Assembly: GCA_001600815.1 (NCBI GenBank)
Contig: BCKZ01000011.1
Location: 413,622 to 477,621, forward strand
Length of the DNA: 64,000 nucleotides
Direction: 5' to 3'
Origin: Alloascoidea hylecoeti
Lineage: Eukaryota
The notes below the pieces were generated by a model, which was given only the letters and a program-made list of their open reading frames with translations, had not been told where the DNA came from and searched no databases. This document shows, one piece after another, positions 50,655-61,700 of this stretch (within the stretch, counting starts at the first letter, position 1; each line of letters starts with the position of its first letter). A program made the position numbers and the translations under genes.

Positions 50655-53600
50655 TAATAAATATTTTCTTATTTCTTATATACATATGTTTTATCTGTGT
50701 TGTACCTGTTGAATAAAAATTAGTGATGTATTTCAAATTTTTTTTCATTTTTCTTTTCTTTCTATATGTGTGATGATGATATATTTTTAGACCCGATTTT
50801 ATAGAGTGTCTAGGGCAATTTAATTAACTAAACAAATAAATTTATGATGTTGAATTTACAAAGATCCAAGATTTTCACATACTATTCTTCCAAATTTAAA
50901 CTAAAAGGGCGAACAATTAACTATAAGCAGATGAATTTACAATCAATTGAAGTTGAATTTTCAATGATCTAAAACTTCCTCATAGCTATACTATTATCCA
51001 TGACATGTATGGAAGATTCCAAAACATCTTAACATATACTACCCTTGTTAACTAGATTTCAACTTCAATTAAAGTTAAACTATGGTAGATATAGCTGGTG
51101 GATTTTCAAATTCTCATGGGTTATATTATTACAGTATTATATTTCCTTAGAAACTGCAGCCTATATGACGGTGATATCAATTAATTATCAAGTATTGAAT
51201 TAGAAATGCTACAATACTAATATTAATGTTTGGTATACAGTATATCTTTAAATAAAAAATGATAGATGAAATTATTTCTCTACACTGAAATCAATTCTTT
51301 TTTAATTAATAGTGTATTCGGGTCATCGTTGCAATTGCTACATATTTACGTAATTAGCGTATAAATATTGATTTCTCATGAACAAGCAATTGCAAGTCCA
51401 ATTGTAGAACTATTAGTGTTGATCGTTAATATTAATATTATCATATTTGGTTCTAATCCACAATTCAATAACCTTGCAATTGAGGTCCAAAGTTATAGTT
51501 GTAAGTTTATAAGACACCTTATTTTATATATTTAATATTTTTAATTATGAAACAGGAAAGATTATTGCCTGAGTATGTGTACTACATTTTGTAGGATATA
51601 GATCATCTGAAAAATATTTGAAATGGTATTTTAATTGTCAATTATTCAGGCTGCTATAACTTGACAATTAACAGAATATTAATCATTTCTAATTCAAATT
51701 TAAATAATAATATAAATCATATGCATCCCTCCAGTCCACAGTTCATAATCCACAATCCACAATTGATTCAACAACCTTGCAAGATATTGAGAAATATAAA
51801 TAAGACATTTACTATTCATTTCGTAATTGGTTATTTATTTCCCGATCGTCATTATTAAGATCCTAACCGATATAAATCTTAGATTATAGATCTATTTCAA
51901 GTTAAAATTTGACACACTACAGCTAGAGCTCCTCTGTAATTAACACCCATAACTAGCTAGATAGCAGATACTATAACCAAAATTTATAATTAGCACTTGT
52001 AATTCATCTTCTTTAGAAAATACCTCGAACTCTCTTAATTGCTTCGTCCATTTTTTTTTAATTATATCCTTGTTATTGTCATCCCCTAATATAAATATAA
52101 CTGTGGCACGTTTTGCAGTGAATCATTATAAGATTGAAAATTATGCATCCAATTATTCGTCCTATAGCTTACTATATATAATTTCAGTATTTATTCTTAA
52201 ATACGTATTAAGCCTGGGTGATGGGTCCATCTAGAAGAATTTCCTAATAATAAGTTTATCTATATGGTATACGGTGAAAGTTTATACAAAATTTTAATGA
52301 AGTCATACAATTCGTACATCTAAACATGTAGGCATAGATGTTGGTAGCACTGGGTACATGCAAATGTGACTAAAAATTGTTCGATACGATTCACTGTGAA
52401 ATCAACAACCGTTTACTGTCAAATTTACCCATCTCATGCGTTTGACCAATTTCGCCCATCTTTCAACAACCACAAACCAACATTGTAAAGTTCGTGAACC
52501 ATCTTAAAAGAGGATTATTCATTAAAGTAGTATAAATAAAAATTACATAAATAAAAATTTCCTTGTTTTGGAGTAAGCAGTCTTTAATTGTTCGATCATC
52601 TATTGGACTACAGGTGATAGTTGAGGAACTTATGAATATAATATCGTTGGATCTTTCAATCTCTCTGCACCATAACATAATAAGGGATATAGGTAGTCAA
52701 ACATAGAGAGTCCTGGTTATATTAATGTAGTGCAAGTTTCACAATTTTCATGATTTTGTGTGAAATTATAAGAATTTATTCTTCGCGTATAACTCTGTGA
52801 CCGAAATGGGTTGGTCAAGCGAGATAATGTGATAAGTCAAGTGAATGGTATCCATCCTTTTATATATTTACATAACTCTCCGGATACGACAAAGATAAAT
52901 ACCTCTAGAAGATGACTAATTCGAGTTTTTCAGTGTACTTTCACTCCGTAATCTTTTGTGATGGCTTTGTATAAGCAACATCGAAGCGTTTTGAATACCA
53001 TAATGTATACTAGAATTTTAAACTTTCTCAATTTCTAGGCATTCTTTTTTTTTTTTTTTTTGGTTTTGCTATACGCCACCTTGATGTGAAGTTGAGTGTT
53101 TTTTGAAATTTTAAGTTTTATGGGGCATAAAATATCAAAGATGGATTCCTAAACTGGCGATTTTTACGAAACTTAAAAATATAATAATAATAAAAAATTG
53201 ATAAAATAATCTCTACAATGAGTCTACATTCTCAATTGTAAAGACCACTATAAATTAAGATTAAATTAAAGTTTTCTAATTAATCGTTGTTGGGATCTAG
53301 CCCTGTTATATTATTAAGAAGTTCCATATAATTCTATTTGCCACGGAGTATAAGTTATATGAGAAGGTTTTCTTGAACACAAGCTCGGGGAATTCATACA
53401 CAAGTAAACCAACACAAACATAATGTGTGTTTATACTATCTGTTTACCGTGTTTTTTTTTCCTTCGTTTTATTTAATGTGTGCTTGTCTTCTATTCGATT
53501 GTAATTGCAACTCCAAATGTGAATACAAAGAGGCAAGCTTTACTCAAAACCATAAATCTAATAATGAGCATCCTCAGCCGTATAGCACTAGCACTGATAC

Positions 53601-55019
53601 GGAGATATTAACAGGTGGTTTTGCGAGTAAGGAACAATGGTGAAATAATTGACTTGCCTTAGTTCTAATTATGATATTGGTGTAATTTTCCCAGTTATAA
53701 CTTATAGTAATTTACAGCAAAATGAAACAATATACCTATACCTAAACCTATACCAGTACTAGTGCTTGAGAACGAATGATTTAGGGTATTTCATTTACAT
53801 AGCTAGAATTACTGATAACGACATTGGTAGTAATTGAATATTTATAATCAGTGATATAGTTAATAGAAAATTTTAAAATAGAAACAAATAGCTTAATTTT
53901 TAAGTGAATTTATACCTATATCCAAAAATAACTACTGTACAATATACAGTCATTTAAAAAAAGTTATGAATAGATTTAAATTTTTCTATCATTTAATTTT
54001 TGACAGATGTTTTGGGAAATAATGTTTAATGTTTTCAATCTAAACGTTTCCTCTTTTGTTAAGTCAATAATATACATGTTAACTATTATTACATGATTTA
54101 TAATAACAATTATGTCATCATACACTTACAGATAAATGTGTTACCGTGTAAAAATAACCTTCTGACAATGGTATATTAACATATAACTCTCTCATTACAA
54201 AAAATGAAGGATTAAATAGAAATATTTGGATTCCATATAGTATCTCCTAATGTAGTAATATATGCATATATTTAAGCTTCATTCTATGAATATGCATGCT
54301 AGTTGGCGCTTAAGCTTTTTATAAAATTACCAAATGTAGTTAGAATAAATACTATAATAATTATTATTTTTGTTTTTGGATTATATTATTTAATTGAATA
54401 TGATAGAAAGATATGAAAAGATATATTCAATTGTCTGCGAAGCTATAAATATTTAATCAATCCAATCGATGCAGATGTATGTATAGTGCTGTACTGTAAA
54501 CTCTATTATTTCCCTGCTTGGAAAAACCGACATTCCAACAATATAATTAAGTTTAAATCAGTTCGAAACCAAAGTTTTTAAGTTTAGATTTTGTTTAAAG
54601 GAGGAAGTATGAGGATGGTTTAAAGATTGTTTTAAGAATAAATCAAAAAATTAAATTATTATGAATAATTGTTTGCGATGCGATATATTTTATAAAATTG
54701 CTATACAAAAGTATAGGAATTTAGAATTTAGATTTCAGATTTCAGATTTCAAATAATTTTAATGTCTATTTAACTAATGGTATTATTTATAGTTTCCATT
54801 TATTTAGAGGTATTATGAGTATGTTTTAGGAATGAAAATAAAATGATTCAGCCATTTTTAGAGATATTATGATAAGAATAGGTAATTTCTTTTAATAGAT
54901 GTTTACTGAAATGGTAATATTGATCAATTTGTAGTAATTTGTTCGTTTTGGGATTGTAATATATAAATAAATATATCTGTCACAAATTATAATCGTTTAA
55001 AATATTTATTCTTCTTTCT

Positions 55020-55140
55020 ATGACAATGTTACAGCGAAACCCAACGATATTTATGATCATATTAATATTTATTAATTTAACAAATGTATTATCAGCACCA
55101 TTACCAATATCATTAACACAAATTGATAAAGAAATAATAT

Positions 55141-55196
<56 letters not shown>

Positions 55197-56384
55197 CAAG
55201 ATATAGAATCTGGTGAATCTAATTTATCTACAGATACAGATGAAAGAAAAAAACAAAATGATAAAAGAGCAATTGTTTATGTTACAAAAGATCCTAATAT
55301 TGTTACATTTACAGATACAAATTGGATAGTTTATGTCACAGTTGATGTTACTGTTACTGATGGTCAAGCAGCAACACAAGTAACTACTACTTCACCAATA
55401 GTGCCAACTAAACAAACTACACAAATAGTGGCACCAACTACCACACAAAAACCAGTACCTACTACCAAAACAACCTCACAAATACTACCTACCACTACAT
55501 TACCTACTACAACATCAACCACAGCAGTACTTACAACATCATCCCCAACAGGTACAGGCAATGGACCAAAATCAGCAATTATCCCAAATGCAATATCGTA
55601 CAGTCCATATAACAATGACCATAGTTGTAAAACATATGATCAAGTATATCAAGATTTGTCAAAGATTCAAAAACTTGGTATTAAAAGCATTAGAGTTTAT
55701 GGCACAGATTGCAATTCACTGAATACGATTGAACCAGCAGCGGAATCTTTAGGATTAACAATAAATCAAGGTATATGGTTTGGTAATGGGGAGATTTATA
55801 AAGTCGATGGATTGGTTGAAGAATTAATTGGATGGGTTAAACAGTCAGATTCCAACGGAGGGCAAGGATGGGGGATATTTACGATGATTTTGATTGGGAA
55901 CGAAGCGATTAACCAGAATTTCTGTTCGGTAGATGAGCTAAGCAGCAAAATCAACACCATCCGGGGCAAATTACGAGCAGCAGGTTATACGGGGAAGGTT
56001 GGCACAGCAGAACCGCCGGTCAGTTACACCACCCACGCGGGGCTCTGTCACAGTTTGGATTTGGCCGGGATCAACCCTCATGCGTACTTCAACGCGGCGA
56101 TATCGGCGGCACAGGCCGGGGGGTATGTGCTCTCGGAGAAGGTGGCGGTCGAGGGTGTGTGGGGGTGTGGAGGCAAGGTTTCCATCACAGAGACCGGGTA
56201 CCCGGCAGCCGGAGCCGTGAATGGGCTGAACGTGCCGAGCGCGGCGAGCCAGAAGGAGGCGATCGAGAGTATTATGGAGAGCGTAGGTGGCGACGTGACG
56301 CTGTTTACGCTGTACAACGACTTATGGAAGGACGCAGGCCCGTTCGGCATCGAGCAGTCGTTCGGCATCGCTGATCTGCTGTAG
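55020..56384 (+). CDS. SCW11: GH17 cell-wall glucanase, Scw11-like, 454 aa
   Basis: Signal peptide, poly-Asn, KR site and Thr-rich linker, then SYSPYNNDHSCK, IRVYGTDCNS, IGNEA, ITETGYP and YNDLWKDAGPFGIEQSFG. Confidence 0.88.
55143..55193 (+). repeat. (AAT)17 coding microsatellite (poly-Asn in the Scw11 pro-region)
   Basis: Directly visible. Confidence 0.9.
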
Positions 56385-56496
56385 CCTAATTACTGGCGGT
56401 TTCATTGGCTGCGGGGGGAGTCACCCGGACTCTGCGGCCAGTATAAATAAAATTAAAGGCCCATTTTCCATTTTTCCTTCCGTGTGATATTCTGTT

Positions 56497-58782
56497 ATGG
56501 TGTTCAAATCGTTTGTGTGTGTTTCCCGCCACGCGGCCCTGGCCAAGAACCTGTTTGTCGCGTCCACAGCGGCGTCCGGCCAGCCGCTGTTCCGCAACAG
56601 CCTGTGGCCCAACCAGACGCATCCCCCGCGCTCCCGCCAGCTGCACCCTCACCCCCACCATCCCTCATCCACACACCCCGTCGCCAGCAGTCACTCCAAT
56701 GGGCATGCCCAATTCCCCAAATTCCAACACACACAAACACAGCAGCACGTGAAACCACAGACCTCGGAACTGGAAAAACACGTGCTCTCCATCGACTCTT
56801 GCTACCAATCGGGTGACTATCTAAAGGTGATAGACCATTATCACCATCTAAACCGTCAGAATTTGGTGGTTTCTTTGGATACTTATAATAAGGTCCTTAA
56901 GTCGATTTCTAAAATTAGATTAAATCAATTCCAAACAATGGAAGATAAATTATCATCGCTATTGACTGTTTATGCCGATATGCTATCTCATCTAATAACC
57001 CCAAATGTTAAGACTTATACAATCATTGTTAATACTCTGTTAGATGGCTCATTAATTACTTATCACACGCAAGAATTAATTCCTTCGTTTTCTGATGTTT
57101 TACCGAGACATTTAAATTCGAAAAATTTATTGAATCCAACTTTAAATGCTGTTTCAATGTTAAAAGAATCTGAAGTTTATTTCCAAGTTGCATTAGATGT
57201 ATTTTTAGCAAGTTTTATTGTTAAAAATGAAAAAAAATTTGATCCTAAAATTTATTATAAATTAATAAATTGTTTTACAATTTTTAATAAATCTTTAACT
57301 CATGAAGCATCAATTGAAAATGATAAAAAATTAATTAAAATTATTAATTTAATGGAAAAAAATAATATTTCTAAAAATGAACAATGTTATTTAGATTTAA
57401 TTAAATCTTTTGGTTATAAAAAAGATTTACAATCTGTTTTAACGATATTTGAAGATTATAAATTAAATTTAAATTTAAAACATGAAAAAGAATATCAAAT
57501 TTATGGTGCATTAATTGAATCTTTTGTTTTAAATAATGAAAAATCAAAAGCATTACAATTTATGGATAAAATTGTTTCAAGAGATGAAGGTGAAAATAAT
57601 ATTCATTTAGTATCTGGTTTTATATCTGGTTTAATATCAATTGGTGATGTTGAAACATCATGGAATTTTATACAACATTTACAATCAAATTCTACAACAG
57701 ATTTAACTTCATTACTAGATATGTCATTAATGAGTAGATTAATTACATGTGCGTGCCAAAATGATAATTTTAAATTAGCAACTTTAATATTTGATTTTAT
57801 AGTACCACAAAAACAAATCAATACACAATCTTTTTGGGATTTTAGATGTGATTATATATTACAATGTATTAAAGAAAATGATTTATCAAAAGTTTTAACA
57901 ATATTAAAAGAAACTGAAATAAGAGAAGCATTTTATGATGAATCAACAATATTAGTTGTTTTTAAATTCCTTGTTGAAAATGATTTAAATCATCAAGCAA
58001 TGGAAATGTTAATAAATCAATCAAAAAGAATTATAATTGAATTTTCAAATTATGATAATGAAAGATTAATTGAAGATTATCCATGTGTTTTAAAATATCA
58101 ACAAGAAATTTGTTGTGATTTATTTAATAAAATTGTTGAATTTTTATCATCAAATGGAAAATTAAATTTAAAAAATTGTTTAGAATTATCAAAAATTAGT
58201 TTTTTTAATGCAAGTTTATTTGAATTATCATCATCTAATAATAATAATTCAAAAAATGGTTCATTGATAATTTTAAAGAAAATTTGGAATTCAAGAATAA
58301 ATCATGATGATGAATTTTTAGAATTAATAAATAAAAATGAATTATTAATTCCTGAAATTGTTTCATTACATACAAATTATTTAATTGATCATCAATCTCA
58401 ATCTCAAAATTCAACTTTAACAAAATCAACAACAATAATAAATAATGATATTAAATATAATTTAATGATTTTTATAAAAGATTTAATTATTCAAAAACCA
58501 TTAATTTCAAAAAATTTAATTAATGATGTTACACAAGTTTTAAAATTAATTAATGAAAATGATTTATTAGATGATTGGATTAAATCAAATCCTGAATCAT
58601 GGTATAAATCTCCTTTAATATCACCATCATCATCATCAACAACAAATGGAGGAATTCAATTAATTAAAGATGATTCTGATTCAAACTCTTTAATTAATGG
58701 CATACCGTTAACTCCTTTATCTTTAAGTTCGGTTCCAATTGTTGGAATCCCAAGTATAAATGATTATGAATTTAATAAATGA
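56497..58782 (+). CDS. RPM2: Rpm2-like mitochondrial RNase P protein subunit / PPR-type protein, 761 aa
   Basis: MVFKSF start, LHPHP motif, and LEKHVLSIDSCYQSGDYLKV..LLTVYADMLSHLITPNVKTYTIIVNTLLDGS resemble the recalled N-terminal half of S. cerevisiae Rpm2. Confidence 0.75.
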   Translation: MVFKSFVCVSRHAALAKNLFVASTAASGQPLFRNSLWPNQTHPPRSRQLHPHPHHPSSTHPVASSHSNGHAQFPKFQHTQTQQHVKPQTSELEKHVLSIDSCYQSGDYLKVIDHYHHLNRQNLVVSLDTYNKVLKSISKIRLNQFQTMEDKLSSLLTVYADMLSHLITPNVKTYTIIVNTLLDGSLITYHTQELIPSFSDVLPRHLNSKNLLNPTLNAVSMLKESEVYFQVALDVFLASFIVKNEKKFDPKIYYKLINCFTIFNKSLTHEASIENDKKLIKIINLMEKNNISKNEQCYLDLIKSFGYKKDLQSVLTIFEDYKLNLNLKHEKEYQIYGALIESFVLNNEKSKALQFMDKIVSRDEGENNIHLVSGFISGLISIGDVETSWNFIQHLQSNSTTDLTSLLDMSLMSRLITCACQNDNFKLATLIFDFIVPQKQINTQSFWDFRCDYILQCIKENDLSKVLTILKETEIREAFYDESTILVVFKFLVENDLNHQAMEMLINQSKRIIIEFSNYDNERLIEDYPCVLKYQQEICCDLFNKIVEFLSSNGKLNLKNCLELSKISFFNASLFELSSSNNNNSKNGSLIILKKIWNSRINHDDEFLELINKNELLIPEIVSLHTNYLIDHQSQSQNSTLTKSTTIINNDIKYNLMIFIKDLIIQKPLISKNLINDVTQVLKLINENDLLDDWIKSNPESWYKSPLISPSSSSTTNGGIQLIKDDSDSNSLINGIPLTPLSLSSVPIVGIPSINDYEFNK

Positions 58783-61700
58783 ATCCATAGTTGATGTTAA
58801 TACATTTATTATGGTTATGATTATTATCGTTAAATGAATGAATGAAATAAAATATTATACAAATTTTGCATATATCACACACTTTAGTTTTTTTTTTTTT
58901 TTGAAAATCATCGATATCTTTTTTTCATATTATTGTTTATTTTATAGACCTAACCATTTTTAGTATCCTGTCTTTTGTCTTTGTGTTTTTAGAATCTTCT
59001 TTAATTGCAACACATTAATATCATTCTATATAATTTGTTTATCGCCAGATTCGCCATGTTCTTTTTTTGTTTTTCATCTATACAATTACAATTGCAATCC
59101 AGTCACTAACTAACAAACCATATTTGAAATATTTCATTTGTTTAAAATGAAGTTTGCTTTTTCATATATTTATTGATTGATGTATGTAATCAATTTCAAT
59201 TTCATTTTTTTCATTTACACATAATATTAATTTGAAATTATGTTTGATATCAATTACATCATTAATCATTAAACACTCAACCACACCACTCTTATAGTTT
59301 ATATAGATCAGTTTTAATTAAATTATGATTATTTAATAGTTAATATAATGATCTTAAAACTCGAAAAATATTGTAAGTTAATAATTTGACACAATTGTAA
59401 AATAAAAAAGTAATGCAGTATGCTTCTACTTAATTTCAGTATGTCTGTATATTTCGCTTCTTTTGAAGACACATTATTCGTAAAACTTAAAATTAGAAAA
59501 TGACAACAATTATCATGCACCGCCGAAATCCTTTGAGCTTTTACTGAGAAATTCCGGGAATTAACCACATCTTAGAGTCGAATCCAATTATTCTTTTGAT
59601 TGACATTGATCGGTTTCAATTTTGATATAGTAAATACCAGAATTATTATGCTTGGTAATTTCTCTATTCCTCCTGAGTGTGGTTTAATTATTTAAGCTTT
59701 AAGGACCATTATAATCAGATTACAAGTTATTAGGTATTCAAGCTTACAACTGATCATAGTACATTCATATATTTTCTACAAGTAGTTAGATTTTAGTTTA
59801 ATTATTTTTATTATCAACATTATATAAGATATTGGTAACCCGAAAGGGGGACACTGATTCTTTCACATTCTGAAATCATTTAACTTGCGATCTACTAGTA
59901 TATTTTCTAAAACATTATTTGTGGTCCCTTTTTAAAAGCCCATCCTTTTTCCATTGAATAGAACCCTTGATTTTCCTACTTCTCCATAGTACGAGCCTTA
60001 AGAAGATAGATAGACTCTTTTCTATAGACGTAGATGATGTCCATATGGGACTTGACAGCTAATCGTGGCATGCTGAAATTTGGAGTTTTAAGCTTGAAGC
60101 TGGTGAGCTCATAGCACAAAAAAGATTACAAAAAAATCATTGAATGTATATTATAAGAATTATGAAATCGAGTTGATTTTGATATTGGTACTATTTATAA
60201 TAAATTATATTTGTTTCTGGTTTGATGTAATAATTTTTAGTATCCGAGAATGGTACAATATTAACAATAATCATTGAGACAAGAGGAACCAGTTGCAGAG
60301 GTATGATCTTAATAGTAACTTAATTGACGGCAGTCAGCACAAATATTTAGTAAATCTCCTAAACAATTCTTTACATATATTATTGAAGGCTCTATTCCAT
60401 CTGATAAACAGCTTCAATTATAAATCATAGTTAATATGATGAAAATTAAGTTACATATGCATTCTTCAAATACAAGTTCCTAAAGAATAAAAAAAAAAAG
60501 CTCAACTGTTCTCAGTACCTGCAGTATATCATATTATTAATTTACAGTTTATATTAAATTTTGTTGTATCTATAATTGTAAATTAGTATAAATACGTAGA
60601 TGTTAATTTTCATTGTTTGTTCAATCCAGATTCCAGATATAGTTAAACCTTACTACTATCAAACTTAAATACAAAACAAGAAATACTTAGACTGAATAGA
60701 TGACCTAAACTTAAATTCTTACAGGTTGTAAAATAATATTTGCAGTTAGTTATGATTACTGGGATATACCAATATGTATTTCAGTTACAATAAAAAAATG
60801 TCTTTCGAAGAGTATTATTTTAATCACGTAAGCCATTGTTATTAGTCTTATAATGGTTTGTACATATTTTACATTATTATGGAATCTTTCATGGCTGTAT
60901 ACGGTACAGTGAAGTCATAAGCTTTAAAAATGTTCTTGATCATCATTATTAAATTAAATTCAAAAATTATGTAATTATTGACCTTAGATATAACTTGAAT
61001 ACACACTTAAACTTATTGAAATTGATTCAAATTAAGCTATATAGTCGGTCAGTTTAAATTTAGCAATTGATATTGAAATTGAATTTTGTTGTTGTTGATT
61101 AAGTGTTCTAGATCCATCATACGTATACCAAGCTTAATCTTGTATGAAACATAAATCTATTGAGCTTAATAAAGTCATCTAAACCTCATTAAAACAATAA
61201 TAACTGATAGAAACGACATGGTACAGGCTTCCTCGATCTTCGGTATGGGCGGTTCCCCTGAAGTATCTCAATTGAGTAGTTACCCTCCAGTGTTTCCTTT
61301 TAATGTAAATTTGATCCGGATATCGCAATTAATATTATCACTCCAAACACCAAATCTTTGAAGCATGTATATCCAGAATGAATCAACTACTTGTTGTGGA
61401 TGGATAGCTATCATGGATAAGTTATACGTACGATTATACATGTAATCAGTTCATATTAAATCCTGTATTTTTTCTTGCCTTGGGTAGACATTTCATATGT
61501 AGGTCAATCTAACGGTGAATGAATTCAAAATAGAGATCAACTTGAAATTGTTCTCACATGAATTTTCTTCGTTTATAATCTTTATTTGGACTTTACCTTT
61601 GAAATATACTTCACTATATAGCGATATAAAGTGAAATATTTAATTATAGCTACTGCCCTATAGGTTGTTATTATGAATATTTATATCGCTGTCATTAAAA

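Noticed and set aside
55999..56816. Many overlapping short ORFs on both strands
   Set aside because: A by-product of stop-codon scarcity in the GC island, overlapping SCW11 and RPM2.
55940..56830. Horizontal transfer as the cause of the GC island
   Set aside because: GC changes gradually within two intact native yeast ORFs, with no insertion boundaries.
60320..60345. AATTGACGG-N6-GCACAA resembling a small-subunit rRNA motif
   Set aside because: Flanks show no further rRNA similarity; too short to call an rRNA or NUMT.
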